Below are positions 18,901-29,836 of a stretch of DNA of 32,000 nt, piece after piece (positions within the stretch are counted from its first letter, which is position 1; every line of letters begins with the position of its first letter). The stretch comes from Promethearchaeota archaeon (GTDB lineage: Archaea; Asgardarchaeota; Lokiarchaeia; Sigyniarchaeales; SOKP01). Made by a program: the position numbers and the translations under genes. The notes below the pieces were generated by a model that saw nothing but the letters and a program-made list of their open reading frames with translations, was not told where the DNA came from and did no database searches. The stretch lies in NCBI GenBank assembly GCA_030606485.1, contig JAUWGH010000001.1, forward strand, positions 420,001-452,000. The letters are read 5' to 3'.

Positions 18901-19728
18901 TTGAATATTATCCTAAATCTTTTATATAAAGTTAGAAATTCTATTCCCAAGAGAATCTATAACATTATCATTGGAAAAATTAAGCGTTCAAACATTTTCA
19001 AGATAATAATTGGTTTACCTTATGGAGTATTGCTATTGTCAAAATCAAAAACCTATCCCCGATTAATACCATTAAGAAAAAAAATTTACCCTATACCAAT
19101 AAATATTTTAGATATTTCTTCACTTGATGCTTTTTGGGAAATTTTCATTGGAAAAAATTATGAAAAATATAATAAAATTAAATCTGGAGACTTGGTTTTA
19201 GATATTGGAGGAAATGTTGGAATTTTTACGATTAAAGCAGCACAAGTTGTTGGTGATAAAGGGAAAGTAATTGTTATTGAACCAGAACCTAATAATGTTA
19301 AATTAATTAAAGAAAATACTAAAATTTTTAATAATGTGACCATAATTCCTAAAGCTGTTGGAAGTAAATCAGGTAAAGTTGAACTTCTTATAGGGAAGCA
19401 CTCTGGTTCTCATTCAATATATACTGAAGACGATTATTCACCTAATGATAAAATAATATCAATCCAAATAGATCTTTTAGATAATATATGTAAAGAATTA
19501 ACCCTTAACTTGATTGACTTTATTAAAATTGATGTAGAGGGGTGGGAACTTGAAGTTTTGAAAGGTGCTATAAATTCTTTAGAAAAAATTAAATTTTTTA
19601 CAATTGCCTCATATCATTCAAAGGAAATAAGAAGCCAACTAACAAAATTTTTAGAAAATAATAATTTTAAGGTTATTAATGATGGAGGTTTAACTCATGC
19701 GTTTAATAACTTATATTTTACAAATTAA
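18901..19728 (+). CDS. FkbM family SAM-dependent methyltransferase
   Basis: VLDIGGNVG, IEPEP, IPKAVG and IKIDVEGWE motifs. Confidence 0.9.
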   Translation: MNIILNLLYKVRNSIPKRIYNIIIGKIKRSNIFKIIIGLPYGVLLLSKSKTYPRLIPLRKKIYPIPINILDISSLDAFWEIFIGKNYEKYNKIKSGDLVLDIGGNVGIFTIKAAQVVGDKGKVIVIEPEPNNVKLIKENTKIFNNVTIIPKAVGSKSGKVELLIGKHSGSHSIYTEDDYSPNDKIISIQIDLLDNICKELTLNLIDFIKIDVEGWELEVLKGAINSLEKIKFFTIASYHSKEIRSQLTKFLENNNFKVINDGGLTHAFNNLYFTN

Positions 19729-19790
19729 AGTTTAGTTAATCAATAACAAAATTACAAATCTTTAAACATTTAGTATTTAAGTGTATAAAC

Positions 19791-20112
19791 ATGAAAAAAA
19801 AGATAGCAAAGAAAAACCCGTTAATTAATTTACAAAGTTCTAATATATGGAAAAATATATGATTATTTTTCGGTTGGTGTTCCAGTTGTAGGAAATGATA
19901 TTGGAGGTTGGACATCTTTAATTCGTGAAGAGAAAGTGGGTTTATTATCATCAAACGACCCTCAAGATTTAGCAGATAAAATTTTGCAATTTATTGACAA
20001 TCCAGACATGTCATATGAACATAGCGTAAGAGAAATTAATTTATTAAAAAAAAAATATAATGTGAAAGAAACAGGTAAAAAATTGATAAAATGCATTCAA
20101 AACATTATTTAA
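19791..20112 (+). pseudogene. Chimeric remnant: first 20 codons of an MTase paralog fused out of frame to a GT4 C-terminus
   Basis: 19791-19850 encodes MKKKIAKKNPLINLQSSNIW (12/20 identical to the start of 20237). 19852-20112 is a near-copy of 18579-18845. Confidence 0.85.
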
Positions 20113-20236
20113 TAATAATTATAAATAAGTTCAAATGAGATATTCTTCATATCGAATTAATAATCTATAAATATATAATAACTTTTAAAACAAATATAAA
20201 TTATTAGAGAAAAATTTAGTCAGATAAAGTGAATTT

Positions 20237-21265
20237 ATGAGAAGGAAAAATGCAATTAAAAATCCAATATATAATTTACAAATATCTAATCTATGGGCTA
20301 ATTTGGGTTTAAAAGAAAAACTCTATATACTTTTTAAAAAGATATTTTTATTTTGTCAAAGATTGGGATTTCATATAACACCGAACCACTTTTATTTTCC
20401 AATCCCAGATACAAGAACATTAAAGGATAAGTTATGGTTAAGGCAATCAAAGCTAGTTGGTATCGATATTAATGAGAATAAACAATTGGAACTTTTAACA
20501 CTTTTTTCATCAAAGTTTGAAAATGAATATAACAATTTTCCAATGCATAAAACTCAAATACCACATCAATATTACGTAAATAATGGTAATTTTAGAAGTG
20601 TAGATGGTGAAATTCTCTACTGTATGATGCGTTATTTTAAACCAAAAAAAATTATTGAGATAGGATCAGGTTTTTCCACTTATTTATCTGCACAAGCAAT
20701 TTTAAAGAATAAAAAAGAAGATAATAGTTATAAATGTAAATTAATAGCAATTGAACCCTATCCCAATAATATTTTAAAAAAAGGTTTTCCAGGTTTATCA
20801 AAACTAATCTCAAAAAGAGTACAAGATATTCCTCTTTCGTTTTTTAAGAAATTAAATGAGAATGATATACTTTTCATTGATTCAAGTCATATTTTAAAAA
20901 TAGGAAGTGATGTAGAATATGAATTTTTAGAGATTTTACCTAGACTTAATAAAGGTGTTCTTATCCACATACACGATATATTTTTACCTTCACAATATCC
21001 CAAAGAATGGGTTTTAAACCTATTCAGATTCTATACTGAGCAATATTTACTTCATGCATTATTGATTTTTAATAACAATTTTGATATATTATGGGCAGGA
21101 AGATATATGCATTTAAATCATTTTAATAAGTTGGAAATTGCTTTTAATTCATATAAAAGAGATAGGACACAGTTGGAAAAAGCTGATTTTAGTTCATTCA
21201 AAAGAAATCATAAAGATTGGCCAATAGAATGGCCAACAAGTTTCTGGATGAAGAAAGAAAAATGA
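20237..21265 (+). CDS. Class I SAM-dependent methyltransferase (Methyltransf_24-like)
   Basis: IIEIGSGFST, IEPYP, FIDSSH and IHIHDIFLP motifs. Confidence 0.85.
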   Translation: MRRKNAIKNPIYNLQISNLWANLGLKEKLYILFKKIFLFCQRLGFHITPNHFYFPIPDTRTLKDKLWLRQSKLVGIDINENKQLELLTLFSSKFENEYNNFPMHKTQIPHQYYVNNGNFRSVDGEILYCMMRYFKPKKIIEIGSGFSTYLSAQAILKNKKEDNSYKCKLIAIEPYPNNILKKGFPGLSKLISKRVQDIPLSFFKKLNENDILFIDSSHILKIGSDVEYEFLEILPRLNKGVLIHIHDIFLPSQYPKEWVLNLFRFYTEQYLLHALLIFNNNFDILWAGRYMHLNHFNKLEIAFNSYKRDRTQLEKADFSSFKRNHKDWPIEWPTSFWMKKEK

Positions 21266-21441
21266 ATATTATTTTCCATTATTATTAATTCTTTATTATT
21301 TGATTATCAAAGATATGTTTTCTTATAACTATATCTATTTATTAATACCAATTTTTATTAATATTAAGAATTACAATAAAAATTTTATATCTTTATTTGG
21401 TTTTCTCGTTAAATATCCATCAAACTCATCTAAATGATTTT

Positions 21442-22819
21442 ATGGATGATAAAAGGGTCGAGATTTACAAAATGTGGGATTCAAAAGATTATAGGCTTGC
21501 CAGAAAGAAATTTTTTTGGTTATCAATCCATCGTTATAAAGCGCATTATTTCAATATATTCTGCGAAATTTAATAAATATCAGCATAAAAAGTTGATTAT
21601 TTGAAATGGGTGCTAAAACTTAAGGAGAGATGTCTTTATAGAATTCCTAGAATAAAAATCCCGAGATTTGAAAATTATGCAGAATGGACAATCTCAAAAA
21701 AAGAATGGAATATATTCCATTATCTCCCGAAATTTGATGGGCTTTTTGAAAATTTATTTGAATTTAATGATTTTAGCTTTTTTAATGATCTTTAAGAGAA
21801 ACTTGAGGAAGAAGGGGTTTCTTTTAAGAATATGTTTATTATAGATGTTATTAAATACGAAATGTTAAGAGTAAATCTGGGCTTTAAAAATTATTCTGAA
21901 TTAGAAAAAATGAGCAAATTCATGAAACATTCCCTCTATTTAGCGTTACTCGTGATTATATTTTTTTTCTTACTGCAGCAGATATAAGTTACATTATAAA
22001 AGGAATTCCTGCCGAGGAATTATTTGCATTCTTTCAATTATTAGTCAAGGATTGTATTGATGTTGGGATAATTGTCTCTCGGATTCTAATCTGGGATGGT
22101 AATTTATCCGATCAAATTGTAGAAATAATAAGGATAAAAATAAAAGCTCATATAACGATCCTGACGCGGGATACGGTCGTCATATCGGAACGAAAAAAGG
22201 AGTAGGCTACGACCCCAGAATTTTTTATGCATATTGTTTTAATAGGTAGTTTCTGGTATATTTCAAAATATTTCCTGGGAACAGAAACGACACTTCAGCT
22301 TTTAAAGAAACGGTCGATGATTTTTTTCAGGTGTCCGAAGAAAAATGGTTGATCATAATAGCAGACTCTGGAGCGTATTCTCTTAAAAATTTAGAACATA
22401 TTACTTATAAAGGGATGGTACCTGTTATTTGTGCAAAAAAGAACATTAAAAATCAGCCCATTAAAGAATTAAAAGAGAAATTCTATTTTAATACGGATTT
22501 TATTCCCAAGGAATGGTCAATTAAATTGTTTTTAAAAATATATAGATTTCATCCGATGATTGAGCAAGGGAACTCCTTTAATAATACCTATTATAATGCT
22601 TCTTGGATGAATACGATGGGTTTGGACGCTGCAATCAAACTTAGAGTAACGATCTATATTATAGTTCTCTTAAAGGCCTTAACGGCTTATAAGTTGGGGC
22701 GACCCGATTTAGTTATGTAACCTTCCGCTTTTGAATCTTCCAGATACCTTAATTTTCGTGTAACTTTACCCAAGCTCGCAGAAGATTCAAATTTTTTAAT
22801 ATTTAAAGATGAGCAATAA
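21442..22819 (+). mobile_element. Decayed IS4/IS5-superfamily (DDE_Tnp_1-like) transposase pseudogene
   Basis: Stitching frames gives IWDG (D1), DPDAGYG, PGNRND, IADSGAY (D2) and YRFHPMIE (E). At least 5 in-frame stops and 2 frameshifts. No clear TIRs. Confidence 0.8.
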
Positions 22820-23016
22820 TTAAACCGACATAAAATTATTTAGTATAGAAATATTATAAACACGAAAAGAAATGTAAATAAATTCTTAAGTTATTAAGTT
22901 AAAAATTATTTAAATTTCTTTATTTATGTAATGCCAATAGAAAGCATTTAAATAAAGGTAACTTTAAAAAGAGGGATTCCTTAAGGTCAATAATTTTATG
23001 TTCGAAATAACAGGAT

Positions 23017-24630
23017 GTGATAGAATTAGAAGATAATCACAACTTAATTGAAAATATTTATACACTTTTTAAGGGGCAACTTATTGGGACGATCATTTCT
23101 ATGATCGGATCAATTTTTATAATTAGATTAATCTCAGTTGAAGAATATAGCCTTATAAATATTTCCTACATTATCACAATAATATTAATTTCTTTAGGGG
23201 ATTTCGGGTTAAATCCCGCTACCACTCATTTTATCGCCAAAAAGATGAATAAAAACGATATTGATGGAATAAGAAATATTATACGAATAAATCTAATTAT
23301 TAAAATCTTCATTGGATTATTATTTATGTTTATTATTGCTGTAAATGCTAATTTTATTGTTAACGAAATTTATAAAGTAGACGACGAAAGATTAATTGTT
23401 TTAATTCAAATTGCATCTATTGGAATCTTTACAACTATTTTATTTGAAGCGATAAATTCAATTTTTTTAGGTGCTGAATACATGAATTTGATTCGAACCG
23501 GAAATATTCTCTATAATTCATTGAAAGTGGGGTTATCAGTTTGGTTAATATTATTGAATTTAACTTTAATTGGACCCTTAATCAGTTTTGTTTTTTCTCC
23601 CTTAATTGTAGCATTAATTTATTTATTCTTTTTAAAAAAAAAATTTGGTAAAGATATTTCAATAAAATTTCAAATTGATTGGAAAGAATTAAAAAAAATG
23701 ATGAAATATGGTTATCCTTTATTATTAGTTTCATTAATAATGTCTATCCAAGCACAAATATATAGTTATATTTTATTTTCTTTTGGTTTTTTACACGAAG
23801 TTAGTTATTTTTATGTTAGCTTATTGAGCTCAGGATTAATTTTTATAATAATATTACCAATTTCATTAGCACTTTTTCCTGCTTTTTCTAAATTTGAATG
23901 GATTAAAAATGAGGAACAAAAAATATTAAAAATTTATTTCCAATTTTCTATTAAATTTGGGAATCTTATTACTCTACCGATTATTATTTTTATAATCATA
24001 TTCTCTAATGAAATATTTCCAATAATTTATGGAAATAATTATCTTTCTGCATCTCCTTTTATTTCAGTATATTTTTTAACGTATCTTTTGGTGCCCTTTG
24101 GTTTATTAACTATTCCTGCATTTCTAAACGGGCAAAAACATACAAAATCAGTGATGTATTTGGAATTAATAAAATTGTTTGGGGGAATATCTTTTGGATT
24201 GATTTTTATTCATATTTTTGGTGGTATCGGAATAATGATTGGAATTTTTATTGGTCAGATTTTAAGTGTTGTTTATGGAATTCTATTGATAAATAGGAAG
24301 TACGGTAGAGAATTACTTAGAAATTTTAAAGAGAATGTAATAATTTTTTTAATTGCAACGTTTGGAGGTATAATTACCTTTTTTTTATACAATACAATAA
24401 AAATTTTTATTTCAATAGAAATTTTGTTAATTAAATTAATTTTTCTTGGAGGTGTATTTTTATTTTATATAATTTTTTTTTATTTTATAGTGGGAATATT
24501 AAATCTAATAAATTATGATGAATTAAATTTCCTGGAAAAAAGTTTTATAAAATTTCCATTAATCTCTAAAATTTTTTTATTTTTTTCAAATGTAGAAAAA
24601 AAAATAATAAATTTAAGAAAAAAAGGATAA
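23017..24630 (+). CDS. Polysaccharide/oligosaccharide flippase (Wzx/RfbX, MATE-like)
   Basis: LISVEEYSLI, GDFGLNPATTHFIAK, KYGYPLLL, LFPAFSK and GGIGIMIG patterns, multi-pass. Confidence 0.85.
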   Translation: MIELEDNHNLIENIYTLFKGQLIGTIISMIGSIFIIRLISVEEYSLINISYIITIILISLGDFGLNPATTHFIAKKMNKNDIDGIRNIIRINLIIKIFIGLLFMFIIAVNANFIVNEIYKVDDERLIVLIQIASIGIFTTILFEAINSIFLGAEYMNLIRTGNILYNSLKVGLSVWLILLNLTLIGPLISFVFSPLIVALIYLFFLKKKFGKDISIKFQIDWKELKKMMKYGYPLLLVSLIMSIQAQIYSYILFSFGFLHEVSYFYVSLLSSGLIFIIILPISLALFPAFSKFEWIKNEEQKILKIYFQFSIKFGNLITLPIIIFIIIFSNEIFPIIYGNNYLSASPFISVYFLTYLLVPFGLLTIPAFLNGQKHTKSVMYLELIKLFGGISFGLIFIHIFGGIGIMIGIFIGQILSVVYGILLINRKYGRELLRNFKENVIIFLIATFGGIITFFLYNTIKIFISIEILLIKLIFLGGVFLFYIIFFYFIVGILNLINYDELNFLEKSFIKFPLISKIFLFFSNVEKKIINLRKKG

Positions 24631-25154
24631 ATTAGAGTTCTTATATTAAATTGAAAAAGGTTGGATATATTCAAATCTCACCTAAATATCATATCACCAA
24701 ATATTTCTTGATAAACATCTTAAATTTTTAGATTTAATGTTATTTTCAACATTGGATAAAATTAGTGTTATTTTTTAAATTGGGTAGGTAGAAAAAATAT
24801 GATTTTAGATGAAATGTACTAAAATATCAAAAACTTTTTGAAGTAAATATCCAAGTCCAGTAAGTTTTAGTGCATCATCATGAAATTTATTGAAAATGCT
24901 ATTTAATTCTTTCATTCTAGAGGATATTATGTGTTTATATAAATTATAACAAAATTTTATTTTAAATTATTAGATTCGAAAGATTTCTTATCTAATTATA
25001 ATTTTTTTGATTATCTATAAGGTCTACTTATCATAATTAAACAAAGTTAATTTGATTTCATGTGTTTGCTAAAAACATTTTTAAAATAATTAATATTAAA
25101 TCCTTTATAATTTAAGAAATTATTAATTATTTTCACTCAATAGTTAAAATTGAG

Positions 25155-25961
25155 GTGTTCTTTTTATCTCCATCTAAAAATTCGACTTTCAAGCGCTTAA
25201 AACATCTGATTAATTTACATTTTTTTTCTTTTCGCGTTTTTCCATCTCGTATATTTGTACCTCATACATTATCTAGATGTTATGAATATCCTCTTGCTCT
25301 ACTTTATATTTCTGAACAAAAGATTGATCGCTTTTTAGATATTGGGCCATCTCTCGAATTTTTTCTTTATAATCTTCGGAAAGCTAAATCAATTTTTGGT
25401 TTAGATCCTGATCCTAGATTACAAAAAAAAATTCAAAAATTCTTGAAAAGGTTTCAAATTCCGAATAATAAGATTACATATATTAAAGGCGATATCACAA
25501 AAGCTCCATTTCCTGATAATTATTTTAATATGATAACCGCTATTTCGACGATAGAACATATTCCCGATAGAGGTGATGAACGAGCAATGAAAGAAGTCGA
25601 ACGAATCCTTAAACTGGGAGGAACTTTTATCCTCTCAGTTCCCTTTAAGAATAAATGGGATGCTTACTGGACAAATGAAGGTGGCATTCAAAGGTATTAT
25701 AACATTGATCACTTGAAAAAACGCCTAATATACAATACCAACTTACAAGTGGAAGAAATAAAGTTTTTTGGCAACTTTATTACAGGTTTTTTTTTACATC
25801 TCATCCTATTTTTACCAGGTAGAATGAAATTTTTACTTAATTGGATTGGTCTTCTGCTTGCACTCATGTTTTTCTCAGAAGTTAGCCCTTCTACTGCAGG
25901 AAAATTGGGAGGAGAGGTAATTATCCTCTTTAAAAAAATAAAAGATAGCAACAATAAATAG
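25155..25961 (+). CDS. Class I SAM-dependent methyltransferase (Methyltransf_11-like)
   Basis: RCYEYP, FLDIG, GDITKAPFPDNYF, ISTIEHI and ILKLGGTFILSVP motifs. Confidence 0.8.
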   Translation: MFFLSPSKNSTFKRLKHLINLHFFSFRVFPSRIFVPHTLSRCYEYPLALLYISEQKIDRFLDIGPSLEFFLYNLRKAKSIFGLDPDPRLQKKIQKFLKRFQIPNNKITYIKGDITKAPFPDNYFNMITAISTIEHIPDRGDERAMKEVERILKLGGTFILSVPFKNKWDAYWTNEGGIQRYYNIDHLKKRLIYNTNLQVEEIKFFGNFITGFFLHLILFLPGRMKFLLNWIGLLLALMFFSEVSPSTAGKLGGEVIILFKKIKDSNNK

Positions 25962-26381
25962 AAAATTTTTTTTCATACAACTTATTAAAAAAAAAAATTT
26001 TAAACAAAGGAAATTTAATCATAACTCCGAGTGAAAATTTAAGAAAATTTTAGAAACAAAATTTAATAAAGAAAAGAGATTAAAATTAAAACAATTACTA
26101 ATGGGAGAACCTCGATGAAAATACTAAATAATTTACCGATGTAAGATAAGAAAGATAAGAAGAATCCATTTTATATAATTTAAAAAGTTCAGCTTTATAG
26201 AAAAATAAAGGAATTAATAAGATATTTTATAAAATTCTTAAAAGTTTCTGTTTTTTGACACTCTAATACTATGCAAGAAAAAGTTTTTATCAATAAAAAG
26301 ATTAATTTTCTAAAGATTTTTCATATAAAAAACCAAGTAGTTAGATAAAATATAGAAGATAAAATTGATTGAAGTGAAATT

Positions 26382-29300
26382 ATGAAGAAAAAAAATATAG
26401 TAATCCTTTTTTTAACTATTTTTATCTTTATAATTACTTATTTTATTTCTTTAATAATTATCATAAATATTTTCTTTATAATTGGTTTAATTTTTTTTTC
26501 CATTACTTATTCTTTTTGGTTTTACTATTTTTTTTATAATTCTGACGAATCTAAAATTAGAATCATTAAAATATTTCGTTCGGGATGGTGGATTGAAATC
26601 TTAATAATATTTTTAATGCTATTAAGTTTGATGATTAATCCGCTTATAACTCCCATAGACAGTTGGCAAAACATCCCTTTTTTACTATATGTTCGCAGCA
26701 TAATATGGTTAATTGGATTATTATTTTTACCTGGTCATAATATATTTAGATTTTTTAAATTTTATACAAAATTATCAAATTCAATAAAATTTGTCGTATC
26801 GATTACTTTCTCTTTAATTTTTTTAGGTATTCTTACTCTCGTATTCCATTTTTATGATTTCACTTATTACTACATGCCGTTTTTCATTTTAATTTTTCTA
26901 ATTTTTACATCATTTTTATTTTGGAAAACACATAAAAAAAAAAAAAAACCATGTAATATCAATCAAGTTCACCAAGTGGGATCTAATACTTCTTTTATTT
27001 TCAATCTCATGTATATTTTTCGCTGGCGCTGTTCAATTATCTATGAATTATCTAATGCCTGGAGATGTTTGGACTTCAGTAAATTCTGCGACATTGATTC
27101 TTTCTGGTCAAAAGGAATTTTTTGAATCACTCGTTCCTGAATACCCAGTATTTTTCGGTTGCATTCTCTTTGGATTATCTATATCTTGCGGTTTTCCTTT
27201 TGTAAATACCTATGTTTTTCTTTTCCCATTAATAGCATTAAAATACGTGTGTTTTTTTTCCTTAATAAGGACATTGTTTCATCAAAATAAAAAAATCTCT
27301 GTATCTGCCACGATTTTTTACGGTTCAATGGAAGGTTTAGCATGGATAATTGGAGTTCTTACTTCTAAGCTTTCTGGTCATAATTTTTTTTGGGAGTTAT
27401 CTTATCGAACACAGGATATGTATTTTTCTGTTTTACTTGAATCAATTCAATTCCAATATAAAACTTTAGCAATTATAATGATTTTTACTTTTTTAATTTT
27501 ATTTACTTTAGGAGTAGAAGCTCATGTAAAAAAAAATAAAATTATTATTCTATTTTTCTCAACAATTTTTCTCTTATCTGCGTTTTACATTCATATGATC
27601 GAACTATTAATGATTCCTAGCATTTTTCTAATTACATTTTTATATGAATCTAAATTTAAAAAATTTTATAATATACTTTTTCTAATCTTGAATTTTTTAA
27701 TATTATTTATAATTCTTGACTTTTATATGAATGGTTATTACTCAAATCTATCTCTTTTAAAAGTATCATTACCATTGAATTATGTTTTTAGCCTTTTTGG
27801 ACTAACTCTAACTCAAGGTTTAATAATTTTTTCTTTAATTTTTATTTTTATTTTGGGAATGAGTTTTCTTATATTATTTTTATGTAAAAAAACATCAATT
27901 CGCTGTCTTTCAAAGATTCATATTCCGGAACAAAAGGTACAAAAATTAATGTTTGTCGCAAGAATCATTATTTTAATCCTAATATTTATATATGTAGGAT
28001 CAATTATCATATGGCTTAATCTTGACGATTCATATTATAATAATACACTTTTACATGCTGAAGAAACTATCTTGCCTTTTTTTATGTATTTTACAAGATG
28101 GGGCTTCATGGGTTTATTTGGTCTAATAGGAATTATGATATCTCCATGGAAGCAAAAATGGTTTAAGGTAGCAATTTTTTGGTTTTTAACTTCATTTATT
28201 ATAGGAAATATTTGGTGGGGTAGCGTAACAATTCAATTTCTTTTCCCTGTTTTGGCACTATTTGCTGTTATTGGCATAGAATTTTTAATTTCCAAGATTC
28301 CCTCATTAAACTGGAAAATTGGAAAGATCATCAAAAAATTTATCAAGAAAATTAAGTGGAAGGAAAACAATTTAAAACCAATTGAAACATGTGTAAAATT
28401 TATGAAGAAAATTAAGTGGAATAAAAACAATTTAAAACCAATTGAAACATGTGTAAAATTTATGTTTGTTATTGTGTTGCTTCTTGGCACATCATCGTAC
28501 ATTTATGGCACTAGCTATTATAGTCAACAAGAAAGTGTTACAAAAGATGAACAAGCACTTATTTTTAAATGGGTATATGAAAATGTTGAACAATCCTCAA
28601 CAATTTTAGTCCCTAATGATTACATATTTTATTTTGGAATAAATACCATATGTAATCGTACTACTTATATTTATACATCATTACCCAAAGAATTGAATTT
28701 TCCAAATATTCTTATAGTTAAGCAGATTTTTCAACAAAAAAGCATAAAATATGCTATTTTAGGAGAAGATTTAACACCATTAATGAAAGAAATTAAAGCA
28801 GATTCATTATTATTAGAAGATTATGGAACTTGGAAAATATATAAAATAATAATAATTTCTGGGACGTATATTGATTTTGTAGATGCAGATGGCTCTGATG
28901 CAAATTGTACTATTTCCATAGTTGCAAATAAAGATGGACATAAAAAAGTATTGAAAATTTTAGATAATAGTAATACTGGACAAATTAATTTTCATCATTA
29001 TTTTGATGCTCCACAAACTACTGGTATAATAGAATTTTATAGTTATGCAGAACAAACAGATAAACAAATAGGCTTTCCTTTTAAGGCTGTTGATTGGGGA
29101 TATGCAGTTTATCCTTTTATGGACTCTGATGGAAATTTTAAATATTCTCATGATGGTTGGAACGCTGTAACAGTACAATCATATAATGCTAATCAGTGGT
29201 ATCATCATAAAATTGTTTTTGATTGTGAGGGAGATTCTGGCTGGGGAACTTTTGATTGGTATATAGATGGAGTAAAGAAAGTCACAGCAGGAAGATTTTG

Positions 29301-29448
29301 GGGAGATACAGATAATATATATAGATGGTGGTTCTATACAGAAAATATACCTATTGATGCTGTTTTTTATTTTAATGCTATTGATTTTAGTTGGGCTTCT
29401 GGATATTATGATGGAAGAAATAAAGACGTAATATTGGACAGATTTTGA
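26382..29448 (+). CDS. Large multi-pass GT-C-like membrane protein with C-terminal LamG/ConA-like domain, split by a +1 frameshift at an A15 tract
   Basis: ORFs 26382-27125 and 27043-29448 join at A15 (26934-26948). With A14 the frame reads ...HVISIKFTKWDLILLLFSISCIFFAGAVQLSMNYLMPGDVW, giving about 1021 aa. Confidence 0.7.
26934..26948 (+). repeat. A15 homopolymer at the frameshift site
   Basis: cat-A15-ccatgt read directly from the sequence. Confidence 0.9.
28345..28464 (+). repeat. 60-bp in-frame tandem duplication (KKIKW[KE/NK]NNLKPIETCVKFM x2)
   Basis: Units 28345-28404 and 28405-28464 differ at 2 nt. Confidence 0.95.
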
Positions 29449-29739
29449 GGAGTAGCTTCCAAGAAGCACGTTGATAAGATAAACAAAACTTTACTTCTCG
29501 GAGCTCTTGTAAATAACGTTCAAATAAATACAACTTCTGAAGATGCAACTTTGATTGAATAGGTCGGAGAGAAATTATATAAGGATAGTTATGCTCATAT
29601 AAAAGTAGTTGCTGATTTACAAACAGCCGCAGATAATGTAAGAACAAGAGAAGAACCTGTATTTAAAAATTATCAAATTTTAAAACAAAATATAGCAATT
29701 AATAAAAGAACAAATATCATACCTATTAAGCAAGGCTAA
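29449..29739 (+). pseudogene. Coding-like remnant in frame after the TGA of the GT-C/LamG gene
   Basis: 96 codons with only one internal stop (TAG 29560-29562) and protein-like composition. No product assignable. Confidence 0.4.
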
Positions 29740-29836
29740 TCAAATGAAAAAGGAGTAAAAACAATAAAAAATTTAAAGTATATATACATGAATTTAATCA
29801 ATTTTTAGGTTTATTATATGCTAAAAGATAAAGATA

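Noticed and set aside
21442-22819. Sec/Pyl or recoded-stop readthrough of the transposase stops
   Set aside because: Stops are mostly TAA with some TAG and are accompanied by frameshifts, which indicates ordinary decay. Other genes use all three stops normally.
21360-22900. Terminal inverted repeats and target duplication for the transposase relic
   Set aside because: Only short AT-rich partial matches (e.g. ttaagaatt), not distinguishable from chance.
24660-26370. Coding-like fragments on the minus strand in the gaps 24660-25150 and 25960-26370
   Set aside because: Under ~45 codons, interrupted, with no match to anything I can recognise. They may be relics but cannot be supported.
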